Sequence record: MK250021.1
Length of the DNA: 64,000 bases
Reading direction: 5' to 3' (one strand)
Shown: positions 1 to 12,078 of the stretch, in pieces
How positions within the stretch are numbered: position 1 is the first letter of the stretch
Layout of the letters: every line of letters begins with the position of its first letter
Program-made: the position numbers and the translations under genes
Notes under the pieces: generated by a model
Seen by the model: the letters and a program-made list of their open reading frames with translations, nothing else
Databases searched by the model: none
What the model was told of the DNA's origin: nothing

Positions 1-170
1 TGAACACTTATAACCTGAATCTGCTACACTGTTATCTCTTGAATATAATTGATAAAATAAATTCTTATTCTTTGTTGTTGCCATTTCTGGTATATATAAA
101 TTTCTTTTTATATTTATTAAAATTAAAAAATGGAACCTATATTAAAATAAGTTCCATTTTATATAATATA

Positions 171-3100
171 TTATGCATTTTTAAAGAAACCGTCTATTGT
201 AGTATTTTTAAAATAGAATGTAACTCTACCTTGCATAGGCATATTATTACCGTAATAATTATTGTTTGTATTACCTGATCTATTTGGTTGATGAACACCT
301 CGTTGTTGAGTAACAGCTCTATTACCTGGTTGAACAACTTGATGTTGCTATGTATTACCTTGTGACTTATTAGTATTACTTGGTGTATTTGTAGTAATAA
401 GGTCAAGTAATTCTCTAATACCATCAAATCTACTAAGAATCTTATTCTCATCAAGACTTTCAAACGCAAATCGCATTCTATCTACTGCAGTCGCTATATT
501 ATTAACTTTATTAGCAAACTCTTGCAACGCTTGATTACGTTTCTTTTCATTATTAATAATCTAATCATCTAATGCTTTAAGCGCTTTACGAGCAGATTCA
601 AGCTTTGTCGTATATATTTCTACTTTAGATGTTGTTACCTAAATCTAAGATGTAAATGTTTTTAACCTTGATGTATAAGTTCTTAATGAACCAGAAGTTA
701 CGTTCATATTTCTGTTTATTTCAGGAGACGTTAATCTCTTTATATTATTAATGAACATATCAATATGAAGGCCTAACTATTTCTAACTATTCATTTCTCT
801 TGAAAGATATATCATCTTCTCTGCAATTTCAAGATAAAGATCCATAAACTAACCTGTTGTTTGAAAATTAACTTTTTCTGAATTATTAGATAATGATCTC
901 ATCTATGATTCCATCTTTGTTAATACAGTTCCGAACTAAGATACAATGGATGATGGTTTAACTTTATCATTATATGTAAGTTGATTTATAATCTTTCTAT
1001 ATACACTGGCAATCTGATAAACGCCATCTACGAATTTCTTTGCATCTTTTGTACTCTATATAGATGTTTCGAATATCTTACTTGAGTTACTGAAATATGT
1101 TGCTAACTATGTCAATACAGATGTAAATTTAGTCGCAACTTCACTACCTTGTGATAATACTTTCCCTTGATCATCTGTCATCGCTTTGATAATTTTAGAT
1201 AAAGAATCTACTGATTTTTTAATAGTTCCCATTACCTACATAACTATTTTTGCAGTTGATTGAATCTTATTATATTTCTCCATATTTTCTTTAGTAGAAA
1301 GATTATCAGAAATAATAGTAATAAAATCTACAAATGCATTAGCGATATTTTTAGATATTGTTCTAATAAAATTAGGTTGTAAACACAAATAATCTTTAGA
1401 CTATGCCGTTGTTCCTTTCTTATTAGATGTTAATCCTAAGAATGGTTTTAATGTTGCTGAGAAATTTTTAACTGCAGTCATTATAGGATTTATAGTATTC
1501 TTTATAATATCTGCTATTGATTCTGCTTTTTCTATAAAACCTTCATTTGCAAAACTTTGTACAAGATAATTTATAAATTCTACAAACATTCTGCCAACTT
1601 CTCTTGCAGCCTATGTAAATGCTCCTTTTTTAAGTTTCTTAGTAATAGGTATTAATTTACCATCTTTATCTTTTTCATAATGATCTACATAAACGCCGGT
1701 AGCTAACTTTAATATTGCATCTACATATTTTCCTAATCCTTCCATAACAGGTCCAACAGAACCACCTATTGCATTTAATGCATCCTCTGTTTTATTTCCC
1801 CAAAAAGAACCATGTCTTTCAAATACTGTAACTAACTCATCTATAAAAATACCAAATGTAGTTGCTACCGAAATAGCTGCATTTAAGAAGTCATCCGGTG
1901 TTACTTTAGCTAAATGTGGAACTGTATAATTACCGTCTTTATCTTGCATATAGTAATCTGTATATGTTCCTGTTGCTAGTTTCATTATTGCATCAACAAA
2001 TTTACTAACACCATCCATAATAGGCATAATAGAATCTTTCATTGCATCCATTGCCCATATCATATTAGGTTGTAATTGTTTAAATGATGTCCCAAGCTAT
2101 TCTATAAAATTACCAAATGAAGCTGATACAAATATAGCAGATGTAAAGAATATAGAAGGGTCAACCTCTTCATATTCAGGTTTACCATTTTTATCATATC
2201 CTGTTACTATTTGCATCGTTGCAACTTTAATAACTGTATCAACAAATTTAGAAACTGCATCCATAACGGGTTCCATTACCTATCCAACAGTAGATATTGC
2301 TAACATTGCATTAACTGACATCTTATCAAACGCGTCACTTAAACATTGTAAAAATATGCTAAACTATACAGATATAGCAAGAGCTGCGTTACTAAATTCT
2401 GTTGCTGTTAATTTCTTATATATTGGGTTCTTCTTATTATCATATCCTATAATATATGTTCCTGTTGCTAGTTTCATTACAACATCTACAAATTTTCCAA
2501 CAGTATCAATAATAGGATTAAGCGCTAATGTTAACACGCTTAATACAACAAGTTTTAAAGCAACCATTGCGTTAAATCCGGCACTTAATTTAGAAATAAA
2601 TGTTGTAAATCCATTTGTAACTGCTTCTGCTGCCTATTCAAATACAGTTGCTGGTAAATGTTCATACATAGGTTTACCATTATCATCATATCCTGCTATA
2701 TAATTCATTGTAGCAACTTTCATTATAATATCAATATATTTTGATATTGTATTTAATATAGGTCTTAATGCTAATGAAATAACTAATGCCATTGCAGTTC
2801 CATTAAAACCGCTAAATGCTTTAACAATAGCTTGCATAGATCCTAAAACACTATTTTTATCATCATTACCTTTACCTATCATCAATTCAGAAAATGTTTG
2901 AATCATCTTAGCATTACATATTTCTGTTATATATTTCATCTCAGAAACAGTTAATGCTAATACACCAAATACTGCCATAATAATAGGTGAAAAAGCTGCT
3001 GCCGCTGTTGCCTATACCATCTATACAGGATTTGGAGCTGCTGCTTTTATAACATCAAACATTACTTCAAATAATGTTACTGCAGTCTCCCCTGTTTTTT

Positions 3101-6100
3101 TAAGTTTCTCAGTATTATATGGTAACATTAATTCCAACGCTTTCATGAATAATATCATGGTTCCTGTTACAACAGTCATCACACCTGCAATTGCCGTCAT
3201 TACTACAGCACCTAATGTAATAAATGGAAGAATAGGCGTCATCGCACCTAATGCAGTCATAAATGTTCCCATAATAGTTAACAAACCTATCATTGTAGCT
3301 GCACCTAAAAATACTGCGCCACCTTTATTTAAATCATCAATTTTCTTTGCTTCCCATGCGAATAAAACCATTGTTCCTCCAACAATATCCATCACTGCAC
3401 CAATAGCGGACATAACAATACCACCTATAATAGTATCTGGTAAAAATTTCTCTAATTTAGAAACACCGTACATTACCAAACCCATTAGACCTAAAACACC
3501 TGCCATAACAGCAGCACCTAAAAATACTGCACCACCTTCATTTAATTCTAATATTTTCTTAGATTCTATTGCAAATGCTAAACATGCAGTCCCTATTACT
3601 AACATAACTATTGCAACTGCAGTCATAATAACTGCACCAACTGCTAATTCAACTGCATACTTATCTGCGAATTTTCCTATAAAGAATAATACAGTTCCAA
3701 ATATCGCTAATGTTCCTATCACAACACCTGCACCTATTAATGCGTCGTCCCACATTTTACCAATAGGAATCAATATATCTTTAACAATCAATGATATACC
3801 TAATAAAATAAATGCCATTGCCGCTGTTGCAAATATTGCATATGCTGCTTTCTTACCATCTACTTTAGCCAAGAAATAAGTACCTGCAATAAGAGTAATA
3901 ATAATGAATAATGTAATACCCATTCCTATACCTGCTTCTTTACCATTCTAACCTATAGGAATAAGTAAATCTTTTGTAATCAATGCAATACCCATATAAA
4001 TAATTGCAAGAGTAGCAGTAGCAAGAACACCCCATAAGGCTTTCTTTCCATTTACCATATTCAATACATAAACGCCTGCAACTAATCCTGCTATTATAAA
4101 CATTGTTACTATTGCACCTAAATAAACTTCCGGCGCTTTCTTTCCAATAGGTATTAAAAACGCAACAGATATAATAGCAACCAATGCAAACACAGCAGAT
4201 ATTTTAATAAGATTATTTACCCCTCTATCTATACGTTTACCATGTTTATCTAATGATTTAACTGCAAATATGCCTAATGCTATAATAAAAGATATAACCA
4301 ACGCACCTTTTGATACATCATCTAATCTCTTGCCAATAGGTGCCAATAATGTTGCTGACACCAAAGCTATAATTGCAAATACAGCAGAAATCTTTAACAT
4401 TGCATCTGTAGCGTATGTTAATTTCTTATTACCTATTTTAGACAATTTATTAACAATGAAAATAGTTCCTGCAGTAAATAATGTAAGTATTCCTATAGAT
4501 GCAAGTATAGTTTCCGTACTATTATTTTTAACAGTTAACGATAATAATAACATTGATACAGATAATGACATAATCATTATTCCAATACCAGTTAAAACAC
4601 CCTGTACATTTTTAAGGCTCTTATCTAATTTCTTCTCTGATAAATCTTCTATCAAACTCTTAAATCCAGAAACAGCAACTCTCATAACAATTAAACTTGC
4701 TACAACTGCAGTTAATCCAACAATCTTAGTTACAATAGATAATCCTATAATAATACCGCCTATCATACCTATTGCTGAACTTAAACTTCTTATTATCACC
4801 TATGCTCCTTTTACATCTTTAACTTTTAATTTTTTAGCTAAATCTGTAATAGTATTCTTCATGAATTTAATCAAATACCTAACTACTAAAACAGATTCAA
4901 TTATTGTTTTAAAAGATGTTAGCTTAATAGTTAATGCAATGAATACAATACCGTATAATAATGTTTTCAATGCATTATTCCATGCATTCATAAAAGATGA
5001 TAAAACTTTAACTTGTTTTACATCCCATTTTTCTTTTAATATTGTGTTAAAGAAATCTACTATTTTCTATGCACGTTTCTGTGTTAATGATTTTACAGCA
5101 AACATGAAATTAAGAATCTATATCTTCTTAATATCAAATATTACATTTAATAGCTATACCATACTATTAACAGTTTGTGCAACCGTTTTATTATCTGGTA
5201 TTTCCGTTGCAAATGCGACAAAGAAACTCGCAAGCATTTTAGCAGTAATAGGATTCAATACCTTCATTACTTTAAATATAGAAAACTTCTATTCAGGATC
5301 TGCTATCTTTACTAAAGGATCTAATATACCACCAATATATTTAACGTTCTCACTTATTTCTTTTCCTTTTAAATATTTAGCGATCTATCCTATGAACTAA
5401 CCTAATTGTCTGCCTAATAACCAACCTCTTATAGGATTAAGACTTATCTACATTTTAAAAACATTTGATGTTACCAATGCGGATAATCCTCCCATCAAGT
5501 CTCCAATGGGTTTAATTATTTTTTGAATATCTTTATTTTTTAATTTCGTTTTACTAATAGACGAAACTAATGCAGATATAAATTTGCCTAAACGTTGTGC
5601 AGTTTTAACATCAAGCTTCCCAATATTTTCCTATAACTTAATCATATCAAGAGCAACAAGTTTGGACATTGTTTCAACAACTGCTTTAATTATACCGACA
5701 CTTCGTCCTACTGATTTAGAATTCTATATTGTTAACCCTTGTATAAAATCAACTATTTTTTTTGCGCCTTCTGCATTTATTTCTGTCATTTTATTAATAG
5801 CTTTCAGAAAACTATCAATATTTGTAAATGTATTGTCATCAACTTTAAGACTTGATAAAACTGTATTTACATTTCCTATAGATGTGGCAACTTTATTCAA
5901 AACATCATTGTCAATCTATTCCATGGATACAAGTCCTTTTGACAACTTCTCCAACTATTCTCCAACAGTTGCTGCTGATTCCTCTTTAGCAGTCTCAACG
6001 ATACCCTATAACAAACTGATTATAGTAGAATCAGCTTTCTGTTCAATAGTTTCTTTCTTTTTCTCCTATTGCTGACTTACCATAGTGTCCAAAATATTAA

Positions 6101-6140
6101 ATATACCGTTAAGTGCTTCTTCTGAAGACATTTGTGCCAT
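171..6140 (-). CDS. Tape-measure-like protein, ~1989 aa with TAG=Gln
   Basis: Track ORFs 1401-1589, 1611-2063, 2364-2567, 2634-2978, 3021-3923, 3948-4799 and 4800-4991 share one frame. From ATG 6140 (MAQMSSEEAL) to TAA 171-173 the only stops are ~35 TAG. The protein has long hydrophobic/amphipathic helical repeats. Confidence 0.7.
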
Positions 6141-6163
6141 ATCGTTTTAATGTAATTTAATTT

Positions 6164-6523
6164 TTACTTAGATGTTGTTTTCTTCTTCTGAACAACATAA
6201 ACAGATTTATCTTTTAATGATTTTACTGTATATATAATACCGGAGTTTTTATCATATAATGTTCCATATTCATAAGCCTTATTATTGTCACCATCTTTAA
6301 TAGATGTTTTTATCCATTTATCATATTGAGGTAATGAATCTGACATAATTAAAGAATCTAATTGAGTAGAATTTAATGTATCATTATTCATTGTACGTAC
6401 GGATGTAATAGCAACTGAATATACAGAATCTTTTACCTAATTATTATTCTTTGTACCACATGAATTAAATGATACCATAAGGCTCAATAAAGAACCAACT
6501 AAAATATACTTTAAACTTTTCAT
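6164..6523 (-). CDS. Lipoprotein, 119 aa (one TAG at codon 29)
   Basis: MKSLKYILVGSLLSLMVSFNS-C lipobox signal, in frame with track ORF 6164-6391 through one TAG. Confidence 0.7.
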
Positions 6524-6571
6524 ATTTTAAGTTTATTTAACTAAATATTTAATATATTTATTTTTAGAATA

Positions 6572-6600
6572 TAGACTATATCATTATATTAATATATAAT
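6572..6600 (+). promoter_or_regulatory. Class II promoter TAGACT-N17-TATAAT
   Basis: Recurrent motif with exact 17-bp spacing, upstream of ORF 6630. Confidence 0.6.
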
Positions 6601-6629
6601 TTATTATAAGTAAAACTATATATTCAAAT

Positions 6630-7139
6630 ATGGCAAGAAAAAAGAAAGACAATGATGAAGAAGTTGAAAAAATAAAAACTCCTAAAGCTATTGGTCCATA
6701 TGACATTATATCTATGATGTTTACTAATTTTGAAGGATTCAATAAATTATCTAATACTATATTAGATAAGAATTTCTTTATGATTAATAGAGTATTCAGT
6801 ATTAAATATCCTTTACAAGGTGCATTATTTAATAGATTGAATATTAATACGGCAGGTGTTATTAAATCATGGGCAATGTTTATATCTAATAAAGAAGGAT
6901 ATGGACGTGTGCCTTATTTTGTATATACAAAAGGTGCGAAAAAATCAGCAGTTTCAACATCAAAAACTGATAAATTAGATAAAGAATTAATTAAAGAATA
7001 TTGTAAACGTTATAAAATTAATCTAAAAGATTTCGATATGTTAAATTCATTATATCATGATGAATTAATTAATGATGTTAAACGATATGAAAAATTAATT
7101 TCTATTAAAGAACAAGAAAAAAATATTACAAAAAAATAA
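6630..7139 (+). CDS. Probable clamp-loader small subunit (T4 gp62-like)
   Basis: FMINRVFS and LIKEYCKRYKINLKD recall gp62 FMVENALS and KLLAKRYQVN; size is similar (recognised from memory). Confidence 0.45.
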   Translation: MARKKKDNDEEVEKIKTPKAIGPYDIISMMFTNFEGFNKLSNTILDKNFFMINRVFSIKYPLQGALFNRLNINTAGVIKSWAMFISNKEGYGRVPYFVYTKGAKKSAVSTSKTDKLDKELIKEYCKRYKINLKDFDMLNSLYHDELINDVKRYEKLISIKEQEKNITKK

Positions 7140-7157
7140 AAATCATAATAAACAAAA

Positions 7158-7787
7158 ATGATGAAAATTTATCCACAAGATTTAGTTAAGTCAATTCAAA
7201 AAGTAATTGACTCAGGTAAAGTTGAAATTACAACTTTTAAGGATTACAATGAGAATTTTATTAAAGAAATAAATTCATGTGAGATACATATTAAATTTAC
7301 TATTGATAGTAATGACAAACGAGATGCAATTATAATTATTAATAATTCAGATATTACGTCTCAATTTATTAATACATGGAGGACATCAGCACCAGGTAAA
7401 TTTATGGCTTGTGATTTTAAGAAAAATAATAAAGATTTTATTGGAAACACTCTTTATCATGTAGTTAAGTTTGAACTTAATGGAGAAAAAATGATGATAT
7501 TGGTTCGACTACTTAATGAGATTACTCAAGATTGTACAGTAGAGGAAACAAAAGAACTTATTGAAGAATATGGTGACCTTACAATTAGTGGAAAAATCTT
7601 TTCCCTTATTAAAATTGTAAGAGATAACAATAGAGATGGATGGAATTCATGGGATCGTTATAAATCACGTGATAATAATTATCATATGAACCTTTATGAA
7701 TCTTCATCATACATTGATGAAACAGATAATGACAATGACAATGAAGAAATTTCAGATGATTCTAGTGAATCTGAACCTTTATTTTAA
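7158..7787 (+). CDS. Hypothetical protein, 209 aa, acidic tail
   Basis: Intact ORF in a + strand operon. Confidence 0.75.
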   Translation: MMKIYPQDLVKSIQKVIDSGKVEITTFKDYNENFIKEINSCEIHIKFTIDSNDKRDAIIIINNSDITSQFINTWRTSAPGKFMACDFKKNNKDFIGNTLYHVVKFELNGEKMMILVRLLNEITQDCTVEETKELIEEYGDLTISGKIFSLIKIVRDNNRDGWNSWDRYKSRDNNYHMNLYESSSYIDETDNDNDNEEISDDSSESEPLF

Positions 7788-8836
7788 TGATTAAAGATAT
7801 ATCACAAATAAAGGATAAATCTGTTAGTTTTATAAAGGAATTTATTAATAACTGTACGATAGAAGAAAAAATAGATGCTCATTATGTCATTGTTGAGATA
7901 ACATCTAAACAACATATTACTATTAAAAAAGCAAATGGAAAAGTAGTTGATAGAGTTGATATGATATTAAACAATATGTGGAGTCAATTAGTCACTGATT
8001 GGAATTTTATTAAACTTGCTAATCAGGAGTTTTTTAACACACATATTGGATATAATATATCGATGTTTTATTTTCCTAATAATAAGCCTTTACTGACAGA
8101 ATATCCAGATAATATAAAATATCTTATAGATAGAATTACATATAATGACGAATTAATTAATGTAGATTCATTTGTAAATAAATTGAAATTAAAAGATAAG
8201 TTCAATATTCATATTAAACATAATTTAACAAAGAATTTATCAAATGAAATAGATACCATTAATAAAATTAACGGTGATAGAAAATCAGATATTAATTATA
8301 AGTTATTATTTCAAAATATAATTGATAGATCTACATTATTAGCAAAAGAGCCTGAAGGATTTATTTATAAATGGAAAAAGAATCTCTATCAGTTAACATA
8401 TTATGATAGAGAAAAAATAATTCCAGAAAAAACTCAATATGAATATTTGCTTTGTGATTTTGTATCTTATTGTAAGTCACATAATTATCAAGATAAGATT
8501 CATCATAGTTATGTAAAAACCGTATGTTCTTTATTCAATGATTATATAATTAATTGGGAAGAGGTAAATCATAATATTGAAAATAATATAGATATAAACA
8601 GTATTCAATCACCATCATTAGGAACGACTTTTGATATGGGATATGAATATATACCTGATATTATTACAATGAATTTATGCAAATCAAATGAATTATATAA
8701 AAGTATATTTAAAGTATTATTAGCGAACCTTCGTAGAGGAAAAGATAATAGTAAATGTATATACATGAATAAGAAACAAGTTGATGATTGGAATATTATA
8801 ATGAAAAATATTAAGATTAGAACTTTAACTATTTAA
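7787..8836 (+). CDS. Hypothetical protein with ligase-like motifs (EKIDA; EGFIYK)
   Basis: 349-aa ORF; motifs resemble nucleotidyltransferase motifs I and IV. Confidence 0.4.
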   Translation: MIKDISQIKDKSVSFIKEFINNCTIEEKIDAHYVIVEITSKQHITIKKANGKVVDRVDMILNNMWSQLVTDWNFIKLANQEFFNTHIGYNISMFYFPNNKPLLTEYPDNIKYLIDRITYNDELINVDSFVNKLKLKDKFNIHIKHNLTKNLSNEIDTINKINGDRKSDINYKLLFQNIIDRSTLLAKEPEGFIYKWKKNLYQLTYYDREKIIPEKTQYEYLLCDFVSYCKSHNYQDKIHHSYVKTVCSLFNDYIINWEEVNHNIENNIDINSIQSPSLGTTFDMGYEYIPDIITMNLCKSNELYKSIFKVLLANLRRGKDNSKCIYMNKKQVDDWNIIMKNIKIRTLTI

Positions 8837-8869
8837 TAAATATATAAAATTAAATATTTTTATAGAATT

Positions 8870-9136
8870 ATGACCCATATTCATTATAATATAACAAGTA
8901 CACATGTTAATCCAGAAATTCCAGGTGATAATATAGAAATTCATGAACCAAAGGAAAAACCGGTTGAGAAAATACCTGGTTGGATGCATGTAGATCCTAT
9001 AAGTACATAGATAGATTTAGAATCTGTTGCTTATCAATTATCAGATTATAAATTTACACCAGGGTTTAAAGTTACGGTAGATGATTTACTTCATCCAAAA
9101 CCTTTAGATTATGAGGCAACACCTAAATTTAAATAA
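8870..9136 (+). CDS. Hypothetical protein, 88 aa (one TAG), absent from the track
   Basis: ATG 8870 to TAA 9134-9136 with one internal TAG, followed by a terminator. Confidence 0.65.
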
Positions 9137-9140
9137 ATGA

Positions 9141-9173
9141 AAGAGGAATAACAAGCAAGTTATTCCTCTTTTT
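9141..9173. terminator. Bidirectional intrinsic terminator
   Basis: AAGAGGAATAAC-loop-GTTATTCCTCTT plus T tract between convergent genes. Confidence 0.75.
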
Positions 9174-9184
9174 ATATTCTATAA

Positions 9185-9466
9185 TTAAATAGAATAATTA
9201 ATATTCATAATATCAAAAAGTTGATTAAGATGATCTGTTGTTTGAACTTCTACAGATGCAACAGTATTATGTTCATCATTATCAATAATACATGTCCAAT
9301 TTCTTCCTACCATATTTGTTTGTAAATTATGAATAGTTATTGTAAATGTATGATTAAGTTCTCCTACAGTTTTATAAAAGTAATCTGCTTCATCAAAATC
9401 TGCAAAACCTTTATCATGATTATATTCAAATTTATGAAATAAAAGTAAATCCTTTGTAATATCCAT
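9185..9466 (-). CDS. Hypothetical protein, 93 aa
   Basis: Intact ORF in a tightly packed operon. Confidence 0.7.
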   Translation of the reverse strand: MDITKDLLLFHKFEYNHDKGFADFDEADYFYKTVGELNHTFTITIHNLQTNMVGRNWTCIIDNDEHNTVASVEVQTTDHLNQLFDIMNINYSI

Positions 9467-9476
9467 GTTTAATTAT

Positions 9477-10331
9477 TTAATCTTCATCATTTAAATCCTC
9501 AAATTCTTCATATGATAATAGTAATTTATCATATTCTTTAATCATTGTAGATAAAATTTGTTTTTGCTCTGATACATACTGTTTATCAAAATGCCAACAT
9601 TGTCCTGCATATTTACATGGAATAAACATACCGTTTTGACTTTCTAACATTATACAGAATGATGCCCAATTTACAACTGATTCTGAAAGTTCTTTCCAAT
9701 TTATAGTTGAATTATTATAAAAACTCATAACACCATTCATTTGAGAAAATTGATTCCAACAATAATTATATGGCATATAGTCTCTATATTCATCACTATT
9801 TAAATCTGTGACAACAAATAGTATACCTCCAGTAAATTCATTAAATACATTATCGCCTACACCAATCAATTCCAAACATTTCTTCATCTTTGGAATTTCA
9901 TATGTCATTGCTTTATATATAGAATATTTCTCATATATAACAGTATATTCATATTTTTCTGAAGTATGAAATACTGAACACATTTTTGTTATATTTTCAA
10001 AAAGTGTTTTAATATTATCTTTTTGTTCTTCATATGAAACATATTTATTATAATCTCTTAATATTGTATATATAATATCATTAAATTTCATATGTAATTT
10101 CCCTTCTATCATTCGTGTAGTTTCATCCTCTTCATATTCAAAATCATCACTACCTCCATACTCATCCATATATCCTATAACAGGAATATGCATAGGTATT
10201 AATGGACTTTCTAAATAAGTAGGATTATTTCCAAGTTTATGCTTATTTCTACGACAAATAATAGCAATTACTTTCTCTCTATTCCTTATTGGAATTCTTG
10301 AATGAAATCCAGATACGCAAAAATCACCCAT
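9477..10331 (-). CDS. Hypothetical protein, 284 aa
   Basis: Intact ORF. Confidence 0.75.
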   Translation of the reverse strand: MGDFCVSGFHSRIPIRNREKVIAIICRRNKHKLGNNPTYLESPLIPMHIPVIGYMDEYGGSDDFEYEEDETTRMIEGKLHMKFNDIIYTILRDYNKYVSYEEQKDNIKTLFENITKMCSVFHTSEKYEYTVIYEKYSIYKAMTYEIPKMKKCLELIGVGDNVFNEFTGGILFVVTDLNSDEYRDYMPYNYCWNQFSQMNGVMSFYNNSTINWKELSESVVNWASFCIMLESQNGMFIPCKYAGQCWHFDKQYVSEQKQILSTMIKEYDKLLLSYEEFEDLNDED

Positions 10332-10334
10332 AAC

Positions 10335-10820
10335 TTATTTTAAATTATTAATATAATCAGCCATCTTAGTTTTCCAATTGTTTGCCTTTGCAATATGACA
10401 AATATAGTTAACTGCATACTCAAAACAATTTTCTAATGTATTCCATGTCATATCAAATGAATGTGGATTTTCACCAAGAGTTTGTGCAAACTTACTTGAA
10501 TATATAATATCAAAATACCAATCTTTATGCTCTCTATTATATCCAGGCTCGATAATAATACCAAGATGTTTTTCTAACCAATCAACTGCTTCAAATACAG
10601 TAGGTGCTGGAATCCAATTAGGCGACGGATATTCAACTTCCCATTCTTTATCGCGTTGACACAGATCTCCAGTATGCCATGTACGTTCAGCAACAGTTTC
10701 ACCATTCTTTGATTTAACACCTTTAATACCAATTGGTGTATTCATATACAAATCTTCTGTATATTCATCGAATCCTAATTTATTAAGAATTTGTGAAGAT
10801 GCAAAATTAATATGTTTCAT
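10335..10820 (-). CDS. Hypothetical protein, 161 aa
   Basis: Intact ORF directly downstream of a class I promoter. Confidence 0.75.
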   Translation of the reverse strand: MKHINFASSQILNKLGFDEYTEDLYMNTPIGIKGVKSKNGETVAERTWHTGDLCQRDKEWEVEYPSPNWIPAPTVFEAVDWLEKHLGIIIEPGYNREHKDWYFDIIYSSKFAQTLGENPHSFDMTWNTLENCFEYAVNYICHIAKANNWKTKMADYINNLK

Positions 10821-10843
10821 AATTATTTTATTTTATATTACAT

Positions 10844-10856
10844 TACAAAGATACAT
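10844..10856 (-). promoter_or_regulatory. Class I (host-type) promoter ATGTATCTTTGTA
   Basis: Contains the Bacteroidetes -7 element TAnnTTTG; the core motif recurs 9 times. Confidence 0.7.
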
Positions 10857-10879
10857 ATAATTTTGGAATATAAAAAATA

Positions 10880-11317
10880 TTACTTATCTTTTTCTTCTGC
10901 ATCTACATATTTCCAATACTGTTCTATTATCTTATTCCATAATAATTCATATGAAAACCCATAATTATTATCAGGTCCAAATACTTTCATTTCATTTGAA
11001 GTAACCACATAATTGATTTGATATTTTCCCCTTTTTATTTTAAAAAAATTATCTTCATTTAATTCGTCTGAACCAGTATAACTAAATATTCTAATATTAT
11101 AATGTTTACTTGATGTTATATGAACGCATGCATATAAATATGGTTGATAGTTTATTTTATATACATAATATGTATTTTCACAAATTTTATTAAATAGCCA
11201 TTGTATACATTGTACATCACAAAAATCCGGTATTTCTTTATTAAATGGTGGAAATACAATATTTTCATCCATTACAGGCTTATCTTTTTTCTTAAATATG
11301 TTATTAAACAGTTTCAT
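10880..11317 (-). CDS. Hypothetical protein, 145 aa
   Basis: Intact ORF. Confidence 0.7.
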   Translation of the reverse strand: MKLFNNIFKKKDKPVMDENIVFPPFNKEIPDFCDVQCIQWLFNKICENTYYVYKINYQPYLYACVHITSSKHYNIRIFSYTGSDELNEDNFFKIKRGKYQINYVVTSNEMKVFGPDNNYGFSYELLWNKIIEQYWKYVDAEEKDK

Positions 11318-11320
11318 TAT

Positions 11321-11989
11321 TCAATCTTTAATAATTTTTAAATCATCTGGTATATAACAATCACTACCTAAATATTTAATATATTCTTTAACTGGTTTCT
11401 TTACTTTTTTCCAATATAGTAAGTTATTATCTTTGCTTTGATAATATATATAACTATCAAAATATGTTATTTCTTCAATATTTCCATTATGTTCAACTTT
11501 ACATACTTTATAATTATCTTCATCGAAATAACTTGCAAGATCCATCCATACTAATAAATCTTCTAATATCATTATTGACAACGGTGAAGTGTTATATGTA
11601 TTAGTTTTTTTCTTTTCATATATAATATTTCCATTATTATCTTTCAATACTGTTAATCCTTTATAATCACCTGTAATTTGCCAATTTGGATTATCAATAA
11701 AATATTGTAATAAAAATTCTAATGGTTTTCGCTCGTCTTGGTTTATAGAATAATCTATTGAAAAATTATATTCACTAAACCTTAAATTATCTTCTATACA
11801 TTGTCGTATGTCTATAGCAAAATGTTGCTTCTAATCATGTGTTAATGTATAATATTCATATTTAGCAATATTTAATGCATGTTGATGTGCGGCTATTGTA
11901 TGTCTACCAATTGCATATCTATATGACATCCATACTAAATCTTCATGATAACTTTTATCAAATATATTATCCTAATCTTTTTTCTTCAT
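11321..11989 (-). CDS. Hypothetical protein, 222 aa (TAG at codons 6 and 53)
   Basis: ATG 11989 (MKKKD*DNIF) is in frame with track ORF 11321-11647. Confidence 0.7.
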
Positions 11990-12013
11990 ATAAAATAAAA
12001 AAGTCTATTTATA

Positions 12014-12042
12014 ATTATATAAAAATATACATAAGTTGTTTA
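12014..12042 (-). promoter_or_regulatory. Class II promoter TAAACA-N17-TATAAT
   Basis: Motif with 17-bp spacing upstream of the gene starting at 11989. Confidence 0.6.
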
Positions 12043-12078
12043 TTAATAAATATAATAAATAAAAATAAACTAATTATC

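Noticed and set aside
39-469. Track ORFs 39-278 (+) and 194-469 (-)
   Set aside because: They overlap the true 3' end of the tape-measure-like frame (stop at 171-173) in other frames and have no recognisable motifs
2356-6075. Long + strand ORFs 2356-2703, 3145-3879, 4270-5400 and 5584-6075
   Set aside because: They are antisense shadows of the tape-measure-like gene; codon symmetry of hydrophobic repeats keeps the opposite frame open
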